From NCBI GenBank assembly GCA_963719505.1, contig CAVRCF010000005.1, positions 1,022,369-1,086,368 of the forward strand: a DNA stretch of 64,000 bases, in the 5' to 3' direction. Below the pieces are notes generated by a model, which worked only from the letters and a program-made list of their open reading frames with translations, made no database searches and was not told the origin of the DNA. How positions within the stretch are numbered: position 1 is the first letter of the stretch; each line of letters opens with the position of its first letter. The stretch is from Halobacteriovoraceae bacterium (GTDB lineage: Bacteria > Bdellovibrionota > Bacteriovoracia > Bacteriovoracales > Bacteriovoracaceae). Made by a program: the position numbers and the translations under genes. This document shows positions 1-11,103 of this stretch, piece after piece.

Positions 1-2856
1 TTCATTCTTCTTTACATCAATAAGCAATTGTCCTTTTTTGGACTCTTTAAATTGATAAAGACTAGAGCTACCAAAGTCAGACTCAACCCCCATCACACCA
101 AAAGCTAGTTTTGCAAGTTGGTCATACTCCTCATTTGTTATCCCTAATAGTGGAAGAAGATCCTTCTTTTCTTGCACGAGTGAATTCACAAATTCCTGTG
201 TCGATTCCGACTTATAACGATTGTCTATAATATGAGCGGAGATGGGCTTAAAAGAGGTCGCTGGCTCAAAGGTATTGTAGTCTCGATCGCAGTCTGAGCA
301 GTTGACTTCGAAGGCCAACGTACTTTCTTTAACAACAAAGTCGGCAATATTAGATTCTGGAAGAACGTAAAAGGGACACCCCTCTTTTGAAAATTTTTGC
401 AAGATTTTATTATAGTCATCCGACTCCATATTGATAGAGCCATTTGTGACTCTATTATTAGAGGGATCATTATCGTTAAGAAGTAATCTTCGTTGAGCCG
501 CGCTCTTGGGGATTGAAGACAAAGACAGAGCAGAGTTTTTATTTTGTGTGTTGAGATGAAGAACACCAGAGCGATCTTTATTTCCAATAAAATAAATCCC
601 TGCCCCTGTTTTATTGTTCGGAATATTTGCTTTGTAATCCCTATACAGAGTTCTCTCATCCCCAACAGCTGATCCTAAGAGAACCTCTTTTCGATAAATT
701 GAATCCCCTTCATTATTATAAACATTTAAGGAGCTATCATTTTTATCGATGACAATATATTGCTCACACTTATTGGCATAGTTTTTATGAAACTCCTGAA
801 CCTTTAGAAATGAGTTCGGCTTTTTATTTACAATGTCAGCTTTTCTTTTTACTTCATTACTTGAAACACTCAAGGGGGTTGATGCACTAATCTCCCTTTT
901 GATAACCTTTCTCTTACCGGTTCTCGCATCATAAGTATTCGCCTCGTATTCAAAAGAGGGTTGTTTATTTAAAATAGCAATCGCATTAGCTTGTAGATAG
1001 GGTTCATCAAAAGTTTGTAGTTTTCCAAGTGTATCAACATCAAAGTGTTCTTTATGATTTTCAACAATTTTTATCGCCTCTTTCTTATCGATCACTTGAA
1101 GTTTTAAAAGATTTACGGGTTTAGACTTGTCAGTAAAAGCGACTTTCTTATCAGCAAAAGCTTTTTTAACTTTCTCTAAGCTAATATCGTTTTTCTTTGC
1201 GAACTGCTCAATTTTCTTGGAGGATGGAAAGCTTTCAAGTTTCTCTCCTTTTATTGCAGACATATTACCTTGATCAAAAGTGCGTTTTGCTCGAGACCTT
1301 TCTTGCTCAAAATCAATGGGAACGCCTGAGATATGAAAAGCTTGTCCTTCTTTATTGAAATAGGACCTATTTCCAAGATTAATTTCATGCGCCATCTTAC
1401 CCATAGAAGATTCATCAAAATCAAGCTGTTTTGCATTTTCACTTGCTGGTAACTTAAAGGCTAGTAGCGCCTCCTTGGTACCTTCTATAAGGGAACCATC
1501 ATCAACTCGGTAGAGTTTTCCTTTAAAGGAAAAAGCGATCTTTTGACCTTGGTTTTCCTTTTTATTTTGCCAGGTTTTTACAAAACTCTCTTTTTCACTT
1601 TGTCCTATTCCATTATTTTTTGGCACTGTATAATCATCACCAAAAAGGGCATTTCCTAAATTGTCCCAGTTTTGGCTCAAGATTTTCTTTAACCTATTAC
1701 CTTCATAGTTTTTATTCCAAAGCTCTGGGATATAATAAGCTTCACCTTTATAGAAATACTTTCTGTCTTTTCCTTTTTTTGTTAAGACTCCCGCATCAAT
1801 AGCCTGGGCCAGGCCAAGAGTTAGCGACTTATCATTCTTTAAATCTTCTCTTTCAAAAAAGTAGGGCATATTACTTAGAACGTGATCAATGAGGTACTCG
1901 TGAATAACGGTCTCGTGATCGACGGGTTTCGTTTTCTCAATTTTGGTTGTCGATTCTTTTAGTTTCCCACTTTGGCTTCTTTTTTCAATTTGCTTCTTTG
2001 TCGCAAAAGCTGTTCTCAGCCATACATCTCCGTAGCGAAGTTCTTTATCTTTATCAACTCCATCTACAGATTCCACCGCTTTTAAGATGGCGGTAAGCTG
2101 ACTTTCTTTTAAGACCTCTGAAGGACTCTGAGACCCTGGGACACAAGAGACAACCTGTTCCTTAGCGCAAACGGTACCATCGAAGATAGCTTCGAGAGTT
2201 TTGGTGGATTCTCTATGAACGCGATTCAATTGAAGGTCAAATGTTTGAACCATCTGTTCAGATTTTGTATTAGTGTTTCGTATTGAGGAGTTAATGATTT
2301 TTATAAAATTTAAGATTCCACTATCACTCTCTCTCCTACTAGAGAGAAGACTTGCATATTTACCGTATTTATCAACGGACTCTTTTTCTGACAGAATCGA
2401 AAGCATTCTAATATCACTTGTTCCCAAGTTTAGCTTTTCTCTTTTATCAGGATCTAACTCTTTATTCTGCTCGTTTAAAATATCCATTAAAAAGGGTAAG
2501 ACATTAGTAAGAGCATTTCGCGAGAGCTTATTATTTGGATCTCTAAAGTCATTGTAAACTTTTTCAAATTCTGGTTCTTTTCTTTGATCTTTCATGTTCT
2601 CTAAAAGAGTTAGTATTTTATTTTCAACCCTAAACCCTTCTTTTGGTTCATTTTTTAAAAAGGCGTAGGCTAACTTATGCAGGGTAATTTCAGACTGAAG
2701 TCTTAAATACTTCTCTAGCAGCTCTTTCTTATTTGGATTTTTACTTACAATTTGATTAATATCACTCAGGCATGTGAAGTCTGCGCCAGCAAAACTGATC
2801 TGACTCACCGTCAAGAAGAGAAAAAAAGTTAATTTAATGAAGCTAAATTCTTTCAA
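1..2856 (-). CDS. Large secreted cell-wall-enzyme-like protein, partial (C-terminus lies beyond the left edge). It has a YkuD-like domain with Ser at the catalytic Cys position, followed by an SLT-like ES motif.
   Basis: Absent from the ORF track because no stop codon lies in the window. Hand translation of the minus strand gives an open 952-codon frame from TTG at 2856 (GAGGT 5 nt upstream; overlaps the upstream gene stop by 14 nt). Signal peptide KEFSFIKLTFFLFLTVSQISFAGA. IVIDKNDSSLNVY..KTGAGIYFI..LHL..TNGSINM..CPFYVLP parallels the YkuD layout of the upstream paralog. VMGVESDFG lies near nt 75-100. Confidence 0.7.
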   Translation of the reverse strand, partial: MKEFSFIKLTFFLFLTVSQISFAGADFTCLSDINQIVSKNPNKKELLEKYLRLQSEITLHKLAYAFLKNEPKEGFRVENKILTLLENMKDQRKEPEFEKVYNDFRDPNNKLSRNALTNVLPFLMDILNEQNKELDPDKREKLNLGTSDIRMLSILSEKESVDKYGKYASLLSSRRESDSGILNFIKIINSSIRNTNTKSEQMVQTFDLQLNRVHRESTKTLEAIFDGTVCAKEQVVSCVPGSQSPSEVLKESQLTAILKAVESVDGVDKDKELRYGDVWLRTAFATKKQIEKRSQSGKLKESTTKIEKTKPVDHETVIHEYLIDHVLSNMPYFFEREDLKNDKSLTLGLAQAIDAGVLTKKGKDRKYFYKGEAYYIPELWNKNYEGNRLKKILSQNWDNLGNALFGDDYTVPKNNGIGQSEKESFVKTWQNKKENQGQKIAFSFKGKLYRVDDGSLIEGTKEALLAFKLPASENAKQLDFDESSMGKMAHEINLGNRSYFNKEGQAFHISGVPIDFEQERSRAKRTFDQGNMSAIKGEKLESFPSSKKIEQFAKKNDISLEKVKKAFADKKVAFTDKSKPVNLLKLQVIDKKEAIKIVENHKEHFDVDTLGKLQTFDEPYLQANAIAILNKQPSFEYEANTYDARTGKRKVIKREISASTPLSVSSNEVKRKADIVNKKPNSFLKVQEFHKNYANKCEQYIVIDKNDSSLNVYNNEGDSIYRKEVLLGSAVGDERTLYRDYKANIPNNKTGAGIYFIGNKDRSGVLHLNTQNKNSALSLSSIPKSAAQRRLLLNDNDPSNNRVTNGSINMESDDYNKILQKFSKEGCPFYVLPESNIADFVVKESTLAFEVNCSDCDRDYNTFEPATSFKPISAHIIDNRYKSESTQEFVNSLVQEKKDLLPLLGITNEEYDQLAKLAFGVMGVESDFGSSSLYQFKESKKGQLLIDVKKNE

Positions 2857-4825
2857 ATTCTACCTCATCCGCTTTGTCTATAACTGCTTTTTCATCAACT
2901 GAGTTGTCAAAGTCTTCTTTATATCTTTTTAATATCTTTTTTCTTTTCCGTTGCTGTGAGAGTTTCTCCTGCGCGTTTTCACGATACATTGAATTATAAA
3001 GGTTTAAGAAGATCGATTTTGCCTCTTTTGGGTCTTTTGTTAGACCAAAAGTCATCGCCACTAAATCTTCAAAGTCATCTGTTTCTATAAGCCTTGCTCT
3101 TTGATACAACTCTTCTTTTTCCTCCAGAAGAGTTGATAAAACAGCAGATGAAGCAGCAAGCCCTTTGATCCCTACAACCTTATTCGTCTTATCTATTGGT
3201 GAGAAACGGTACTGATTGTAATTATTTGGATCTTCTGTCTTGGTTCCGTCTGAATAGGTCATCTGGGAATGCTCTTCATTTTTCTTTCTTTCATCAAGTC
3301 TCGTTGAGAATTTAATGCTTCCATTTTTGACAAAGAAATAATTATCTTTATCCTCAGGCAAGATATAGATTGGACATTTATTTTGCATAAATTCATTTAT
3401 GATATCGTAGGAATACCCCTCAAGGTTAACACATCCAGTTGATAACTTTCGCTCTGATGCTCCACCGGCAAAAGATCTCATCCTCTGGTCTTTGTTTTTT
3501 ATCCAACTCTCATTGGGAACGCCATGAATGGCTTGAACTTCTTCATTTTCGGGGTCATCTTTATCAGAGTACAAGACCAAGACCCTATCGTTAAACTCAA
3601 GATCATATTTTCGATCTATTCTCTCTTTCTTAGTCAGTGACTTCTTTACATAATAAGTACCGGCGCCCGTTGTTCGAGTGTATTTGTATATAGGCTTTCC
3701 GTTCTTTAATAGAGGTTTCCCTTCACGATCAAGGACTGGCCATTTTCTTAAAACTGAGTCGGGGTTAAAGTTCTTATACTCATTCATCTGCCCAGTCCCC
3801 ATAATGGCATTGACTCTAAAAATTTCACTTCCATCGCTATCGTAAAGAGTTGTGGTGGACTTCTTTTTATCTACTGTAACGAAAGCATTACAACTATCTT
3901 GAATAAGACCACTTTTATAAGCCTGCGCGATTCGATTCTCGTTACCCGCAATTTTATTAATTTGATCTTGAATCTCTCTTGGATTTTGAGTTTTTTTCGA
4001 ATTTAAAGACAAGACTGGAGTCTTTAAAGAGAGCCTCTCTCCATCAACAATATCTTCAATCGCTTGCAAAAGGGACTCGTCAATAATCTTGCTCTCTTCC
4101 ATCCGACATAGAGCAAACACAGAGGTATTTTGAGCATTTGAGTTTTGATCGCCATAAAAATCTAAGCATTCTTCTTTATGCTTTTCATAAACGGCAGCTT
4201 TAATCTGTGCCATCTTGGCTTTCACCTTCAGTCGAGCACGAACAAGATTGGCTTCCAAATCCTCTTTGTCTTTAAACTGCGAGATAAAGTCACTAATGAT
4301 ATAACTGTCTTTGCCAGTACTAATACTCGAGGCTTGAGAAACCAAAGCTGTAAAAGCAATATCACTTTGGTCAAAGCCAAAGTCATCTTGACCTTTCCAA
4401 GTCTCTTGTAAAGATGCCATTAATATAGAAACATCAGCGTCACTTACTCTTTCTAAGCTTTTTAGTCTTTCAAGTTGTAAGGTTGGGTTTAAATACTTTT
4501 TTGATCCTTGATACTTGTTCATAAGGTCAAAAACTTCGTTTTGAATTTCTGTGCTATTTGCAAGTCTCTCAAAGGTTTTGTTGCCAATGATAGAGTTTGC
4601 GTAGCTCTCAAGGGTATCTGTTCCTGTTCTCTTTTGAACTTTCTGAAGTAACTTTATACCCGTCACTTGCAGTTTTGCTGAAATAAGCCCTTCATCTTTT
4701 TCCAAAATCGTCTTGAACTCTTCAAAAAAAAGGGCACGACATTCTGTGCCTCCTGAAAAAGCTGGCAAAGATATAACAAAGAATAGGAATAAAAGAATAC
4801 ACTTCATCAGTTTCCTGATCGGCAA
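2843..4825 (-). CDS. Secreted YkuD-type L,D-transpeptidase-domain protein
   Basis: 660-aa ORF. The likelier start is ATG 4807 (AGGA SD), giving signal peptide MKCILLFLFFVISLPAFSG. VTVDKKKSTTTLYDSDG..TTGAGTYYV..AIHG..KLSTGCVNLEGYSYD..CPIYILP fits the YkuD His/Cys catalytic layout. Confidence 0.75.
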   Translation of the reverse strand: MPIRKLMKCILLFLFFVISLPAFSGGTECRALFFEEFKTILEKDEGLISAKLQVTGIKLLQKVQKRTGTDTLESYANSIIGNKTFERLANSTEIQNEVFDLMNKYQGSKKYLNPTLQLERLKSLERVSDADVSILMASLQETWKGQDDFGFDQSDIAFTALVSQASSISTGKDSYIISDFISQFKDKEDLEANLVRARLKVKAKMAQIKAAVYEKHKEECLDFYGDQNSNAQNTSVFALCRMEESKIIDESLLQAIEDIVDGERLSLKTPVLSLNSKKTQNPREIQDQINKIAGNENRIAQAYKSGLIQDSCNAFVTVDKKKSTTTLYDSDGSEIFRVNAIMGTGQMNEYKNFNPDSVLRKWPVLDREGKPLLKNGKPIYKYTRTTGAGTYYVKKSLTKKERIDRKYDLEFNDRVLVLYSDKDDPENEEVQAIHGVPNESWIKNKDQRMRSFAGGASERKLSTGCVNLEGYSYDIINEFMQNKCPIYILPEDKDNYFFVKNGSIKFSTRLDERKKNEEHSQMTYSDGTKTEDPNNYNQYRFSPIDKTNKVVGIKGLAASSAVLSTLLEEKEELYQRARLIETDDFEDLVAMTFGLTKDPKEAKSIFLNLYNSMYRENAQEKLSQQRKRKKILKRYKEDFDNSVDEKAVIDKADEVEFERI

Positions 4826-4871
4826 AATCGGGTAACTCTTTAGTCGCTCAAAAACGGTAACGTATTTTCAG

Positions 4872-5879
4872 CTACTTAAATGAAAAATCTGGTCTTAAAA
4901 GGTGACAATTATAGCCATTTGGATTTTTGACAAGATAATCCTGATGAACATCTTCAGCGTCAACAAACTTACTCAGTGGCTCTATCTTTGTCACAACTGG
5001 ATCTTCGAGGTCACCAGATTTATTAATCTTCGCGATGAGTTCTTGGACTGTTTTCTTTTCCATTTCATCATTAGTAAAGACCGAACTTCTATATTGAGTT
5101 CCCTTGTCATTACCTTGTTGATTAAGTGTGGTTGGATCATGAATTCTAAAAAAATATCTTATTAAAGATTCATAGCTTAATTTATCTGAATCGTACTCAA
5201 CTTTAATGGCCTCAGCATGTCCAGTTGTTCCAGTTTTGACATATTTATAAGCCGCTTGTGTTGGCTCTCCGCCGGTATAACCGACTTCAGTGTTAATAAC
5301 GCCATCGAGTTTTCTAAGATACTTCTCCATCCCCCAAAAACACCCACCAGCAAGATATGCAGTTTTCATATTAGTTACCTTTTTTTTTTCAAAGAGTTTT
5401 AAATATTTTTCATATCCTCTTTCTTTAAGCTTCTCTTTGGGAATGAATTCTAGACTCGCAGAGTTCATGCAATACCTAAGCCCCGTCGGCTCGGGTCCAT
5501 CTTTAAAGAGGTGACCTAGATGAGAGTCTCCATACTTTGATCTTATTTCTGTACGAGGCAAAATGAGTTTAAAGTCTGTTTCCTCTACAATATTTTCTTT
5601 CTCAAGTGGTCTTGTAAAACTTGGCCATCCAGTTCCAGACTTGTATTTATCAAGAGAACTAAAAAGGGGCTCTTTAGAGACGATATCAACATAGATTCCC
5701 TCTCTTTTATTATCCCAGTACTCATTCTTAAAAGGAGGTTCAGTGTCCTCGTCTTGAGTCACTTTATACTGCATATCATTTAGTTTTTTCTTTAAATTTT
5801 TAACAGGCTTTTTGGTCTTCCAATCAACTGGATTAGCTAAGGCTGATACACAAAAAATAGACAATAAAATTTTTAACAT
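4872..5879 (-). CDS. msrAB: Secreted peptide-methionine sulfoxide reductase, MsrB-MsrA fusion
   Basis: The N-terminal half has the MsrB motifs GTGWPSF and [11 protein letters not shown]. The C-terminal half has the MsrA motifs GGCFWGME and [11 protein letters not shown]. Signal peptide [15 protein letters not shown] from ATG 5879 (the track start 5885 is a GTG two codons upstream). Confidence 0.9.
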   Translation of the reverse strand: MLKILLSIFCVSALANPVDWKTKKPVKNLKKKLNDMQYKVTQDEDTEPPFKNEYWDNKREGIYVDIVSKEPLFSSLDKYKSGTGWPSFTRPLEKENIVEETDFKLILPRTEIRSKYGDSHLGHLFKDGPEPTGLRYCMNSASLEFIPKEKLKERGYEKYLKLFEKKKVTNMKTAYLAGGCFWGMEKYLRKLDGVINTEVGYTGGEPTQAAYKYVKTGTTGHAEAIKVEYDSDKLSYESLIRYFFRIHDPTTLNQQGNDKGTQYRSSVFTNDEMEKKTVQELIAKINKSGDLEDPVVTKIEPLSKFVDAEDVHQDYLVKNPNGYNCHLLRPDFSFK

Positions 5880-5886
5880 AAACACC

Positions 5887-5981
5887 TCTTACCTCTTACC
5901 TCTTACCTCTTACCTCTTACCTCTTACCTCTTACCTCTTACCTCTTACCTCTTACCTCTTACCTATTACCTATTACCTATT
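5887..5981. repeat. Heptanucleotide tandem repeat: (TCTTACC)x11 perfect copies, then (TATTACC)x2 plus a partial unit
   Basis: Counted unit by unit. Eleven perfect 7-nt units span 5887-5963 and variant units span 5964-5981. The repeat directly abuts the msrAB ribosome-binding site. Confidence 0.95.
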
Positions 5982-6082
5982 GGTGAAATTTGAAGACATT
6001 TTATTACAGTCTTTTTTTCATCTTAACACTTAAAGAGGAGAAAAATGTTTAGTTATCTCCACAGTTGCCTGCAAACTACCGA

Positions 6083-6946
6083 TTATAGGAGCTCGATAGA
6101 TCCATTAAGATCTATTTTTATGAGATCAAATCTTTTGTAGGTCGGAAATAGCCTGCTCCCCACTGCTCCTATCGCAAGGTTTTGACAATCATAGGGACTT
6201 GGGTCGATATGATAATCCATAAAGCAATAAGCCTTGTCTCCATCTGTAAAAAGTTGAGAATCAATTGTCGAAAGGTATTCCTTATAGGCCGGATTCAACC
6301 AAAGAAACTTAAAGTCTAAGGGCTTTGGTTGGTACCTCTTGTAGAGAATAAATTTAGTCTCTCCTTTTTGAAAAAGAAAGTCTCCAGCTTTAAGATCTAT
6401 TATTTGAGTTGTAACCTTTTGATCTTCTGGGAGAAAGTGAAAAGCATCTCTTGAAAAAGTTAAAGTTTGCAAAAGTGTAACTTTACCTTTTTTTACTTCA
6501 AGAAATGATTGAGCAACCATTTCAAATTTGTAATCAGCAGTCTTAGCTGAGTGTAAATCTCTTAAGAAAAATTTAAATCCAACACCGCTGTATTTCTTTT
6601 CAAGAATTTCTTCTTTTAAAAGAACTTTTTGATCTTTTAATTGAGTCTTTAAATCAATACTTTTAAAGCCTGGGAAATCAGCCAGAGTAAATTCTCTTTT
6701 ATTTAAACAACTTGTTTTTGAATAGTTAATGGAGTTTTGATAAAAATGAAGTTTTAGACATTTATTAAATCTTTCAACAACAACCTTTGGAAGGTTATTT
6801 TCGTAAAAGTAAGGAGTCACTCGTCTATAGTTTTGGTAGTAAGATTCACCAAGACGTTTACTTAACTCACTTACTTTCTTTGCATCTACGATCAAGTCCG
6901 CAGCACTGGCACCAAGGGAAATAATCAATATTAGTAATATCCGCAC
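6083..6946 (-). CDS. Hypothetical secreted protein
   Basis: 287-aa ORF with GTG start after GGAG. N-terminal signal peptide MRILLILIISLGASAA. No family recognised. Confidence 0.55.
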   Translation of the reverse strand: MRILLILIISLGASAADLIVDAKKVSELSKRLGESYYQNYRRVTPYFYENNLPKVVVERFNKCLKLHFYQNSINYSKTSCLNKREFTLADFPGFKSIDLKTQLKDQKVLLKEEILEKKYSGVGFKFFLRDLHSAKTADYKFEMVAQSFLEVKKGKVTLLQTLTFSRDAFHFLPEDQKVTTQIIDLKAGDFLFQKGETKFILYKRYQPKPLDFKFLWLNPAYKEYLSTIDSQLFTDGDKAYCFMDYHIDPSPYDCQNLAIGAVGSRLFPTYKRFDLIKIDLNGSIELL

Positions 6947-6984
6947 GATAACTCCTTTTTTAAGGATTTTATATCACGATTTTT

Positions 6985-7017
6985 TTCAAAAAAAAGCCCT
7001 CTTTTACAAGAGGGCCT
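6985..7017 (-). terminator. Rho-independent terminator downstream of the E2 remnant
   Basis: GCCCTCTT/AAGAGGGC 8-bp stem (6996-7015) with a 4-nt loop. On the minus strand it is followed by a run of 8 T (plus-strand A run 6988-6995). Confidence 0.6.
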
Positions 7018-7042
7018 TAGACATTATCTAAATATTCGTTTT

Positions 7043-8358
7043 TTAAAGAAGATCTGTCGGATCCATTGTCTCGAGAGTGTTTTTTACATGCATCAAGAAC
7101 TTCGAACCAACCTCACCATCAATCAATCTGTGATCGTAAGTATGGGTCGCATACATAATATCTCTAATTGCCATGGAGTTGTCTGGCATAACTTCAACTG
7201 ACTTTTTAATCGTACCAACACAGAAGATACCAACTTGAGGCTGAAGTATGACCGGTGTCGCAGCTATGACTCCAAATGAACCATTGTTAGTGAAAGTGTA
7301 TGTTCCTTCACTCAAATCATCCATTGTAAGCTTCTTATTTCGCGCTTTAATAACGAGGTCATTTAGGCTTCTGGCAAGACCTGTAAGATTTAAATTATCA
7401 GCTCCTTTAATAACAGGAACGATTAAACCATTTCCAGGAACCGCAACTGCACAACCGATATTAATATCTTTTTTGTAGACGATATTATCTCCATCAATTG
7501 ATGCATTAACTGTTGGAAACTCTTTAAGAGCTTGAACTAAAGCATACATAACAAAGTGAGAGTAAGTTAAAGAGAAACCCTCTTCTTTTTTAAATTATCT
7601 TTTAAACTATTCTCTAATTTTCACAAGATTAGTCATATCGATATCATCAATTGAATTAACGTGAGGAGAAGTGAGCTTACTTGCCTGCATATTTTTAGCA
7701 ATCGCTTTTCTCATATTATCCATTGGTACGATTTCAACTTTTTCACTTGACGTGTAAGCTGGAACAGTCGAGAACTGAAATCTGATGAACCACCGGAGCT
7801 TGCACCTTTTTTCGAAGTCGATCCAGTCCCTCTGGTTTTTAGAAAATTTTCAAAGTCTTCTTTATTAACTCTTCCACCAGCTCCTGATCCGTCAATATCT
7901 TCTAAGCTCAGCTTAAGATCAACATCATTGTCACTGCTAATTTCTTAACAAGTGGAGTATAAAATCTTCTTCTCTGCGATTATTCTGACTTCGCTGAAGG
8001 CTTTGGCTTTTGAAGTTAGCCTTATCTTTCGGATCTTCTTCTTCATTTTTAGCAGAGTCTTCAGTTTTTTCTTCTTTTTTATCGGCTGAACCTGAGTCTG
8101 AAACTTCTGCATCCATATCTTCATCGATATACGGCAATAAGTTTTCCAACATCAATTGTCTCACCTTCAGGATAAAGTAATTTCAACAATCTTTCCTTCA
8201 ACTGGACTTGGAATTTCTGATTCAACTTTGTCAGTTGAGATCTCTAAAAGGATTTCATCAATTTCAATTTTATCTCCAACATTTTTATTCCAACTTGTGA
8301 TTGTACCAGTTGTGATTGACTCACCCATTTGAGGCATAACAACTTCAACGCGTGCCAT
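7043..8358 (-). pseudogene. Dihydrolipoamide acyltransferase (E2 of a 2-oxoacid dehydrogenase complex), multiply frame-disrupted
   Basis: Lipoyl domain MARVEVVMPQMGESITTGTITSW..ISTDKVESEIPSPVEGKIVEI (8167-8358). An E3-binding segment reads FYTPLVKKLA, then SDNDVDLKLSLEDIDGSGAGGRV in another frame. The catalytic domain has DHRLIDG (7043-7549). In-frame TAG and TAA occur near 7570-7600. At least five frame changes or stops were seen by hand translation. Confidence 0.75.
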
Positions 8359-8437
8359 ATTTATACTCCTAATAATTTTTATTTATATTTTACTCTATTT
8401 TATAGCGGTTCTAGATTATCATTAAAAATTCAGTGCT

Positions 8438-9815
<1,378 letters not shown>

Positions 9816-9947
9816 GGGTATATCCTTTATAAAAACATTTCATTAAATCAGATAAAGAATTAGAAAAAACGAGGGGTTATGTCAATCACACCATGCAACA
9901 ATTAACGCGGTTGGCTTAGTCGTCTAGGCCTTCATAAGGTATCTGAG

Positions 9948-10847
9948 ATGCCTATGACAAAAAGGTTAGAAACATCCATCCCCTTGGAACCATCTGAGAT
10001 TGAGATTCTACTCGCCCACTTCCCAAAAGGGATGGTGGCTTTTGATTTAGAAATGACTGGCTTGTCCGCCACTTTCGACAAGATTATTGAAATTGCGGCA
10101 GTTAAAGTGGACGCCAATGGAGAAGTTTCGACCTTTCACGAAATGATCAACCCGCTCATCACTATTCCAGAATATACTATTGAGTATCACGGCATCACTA
10201 ATGCAATGGTCAGAGATTGCCAGACTTTAAAACTTCCCCTTAAAGAATTTACAGCCTTTTATGGCAACCTTCCCCTTTTGGCCCATAACGCCCAATTTGA
10301 CATGGGCTTTATCGTGAAAGGAAACCATGAGTTCAACTACCCATTTTCCATGAGTGATGTCTATGACAGTTGCAAGTTCTCTCGGGCCCTCTACAAGAAA
10401 GAGACTGGTGCTAAACCAGAGAATTTTAAACTATCAAGTCTTGCAACGTTTTTTGAGTTTGAGTTTAATCACCATCAAGCCCTCGATGATGCCCTTATCT
10501 CACTTAAGGTTTTTATCAAGTGCCTTAAAAAATTTGAAAGCTTCACAGGAAAAAGAACTCTCAGAGATCTTTGTTACCTTTTCAAAATAAACTCTTTTAA
10601 AAAGCCAATAGAATACGAACTACCAAAAAAACTTAGACCCATTCAAGAATCTTTAAGAACTCGCTCCCAGATCAGTATAAAATACAAAGGCTCAAGCACT
10701 GGCGATGACTTTAGACAGGTCAAACCCATTGCTCTTATTCCTATGCCCCAAGGCCTTATACTTTACGCTGAGTGTCTAAAAGATAATATGAATAAACACT
10801 TCATGGTCAAAAAAATCAAAGAGTTAAAGCTAGATCCACCTGCATAA
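9948..10847 (+). CDS. DnaQ/epsilon-like DEDDh 3'-5' exonuclease with an extra C-terminal domain
   Basis: Exo motifs FDLEMTGL, LLAHNAQFDMGF and HHQALDDAL. About 110 aa of additional C-terminal sequence has no recognised family. Confidence 0.8.
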   Translation: MPMTKRLETSIPLEPSEIEILLAHFPKGMVAFDLEMTGLSATFDKIIEIAAVKVDANGEVSTFHEMINPLITIPEYTIEYHGITNAMVRDCQTLKLPLKEFTAFYGNLPLLAHNAQFDMGFIVKGNHEFNYPFSMSDVYDSCKFSRALYKKETGAKPENFKLSSLATFFEFEFNHHQALDDALISLKVFIKCLKKFESFTGKRTLRDLCYLFKINSFKKPIEYELPKKLRPIQESLRTRSQISIKYKGSSTGDDFRQVKPIALIPMPQGLILYAECLKDNMNKHFMVKKIKELKLDPPA

Positions 10848-10896
10848 TCTAGACAATGACCGACATAAAAGATAAGGTTAAAACTCGGAGACTATT

Positions 10897-11103
10897 ATGA
10901 GCGAGATGATCAAATCTATTGACTGGTTAAAAACCACACAAATTTTTTTCTTGGGCCTAAATTTTCTTGTTTTTGCATGGATCGTTTTTCTTATTACCCA
11001 TACTAAAGAGATCCCTTTTTCATCACTTTGCCTCAACTACGCAATTGTGTTGCCAATTGTTATTGCGCTTTTTCGTTTAAATAAAAAAGTTATTCAACAT
11101 TAA
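10897..11103 (+). CDS. Small membrane protein (two hydrophobic segments)
   Basis: 68-aa ORF. Its stop overlaps the next start (TAAATG). Hydrophobic stretches IFFLGLNFLVFAWIVFLI and YAIVLPIVIALF. Confidence 0.4.
   Translation: MSEMIKSIDWLKTTQIFFLGLNFLVFAWIVFLITHTKEIPFSSLCLNYAIVLPIVIALFRLNKKVIQH

Noticed and set aside
225-1442. Track ORFs 225-665 and 1251-1442 on the minus strand
   Set aside because: Both are in the +1 frame relative to the uninterrupted 952-codon frame that carries recognisable YkuD-like motifs. Their translations are low-complexity noise.
5887-5981. Possible CRISPR array (also considered for the repeat at 42382-42499)
   Set aside because: The units are 7 nt or 30 nt and directly tandem, with no unique spacers. 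No cas genes are present in the window.
5812-6033. Track ORF (73 aa, plus strand) with periodic LTSYLLP repeats
   Set aside because: It is just the translation of the 7-nt tandem repeat (3 x 7 nt = 7 aa period) upstream of msrAB. It has no RBS or coding context.
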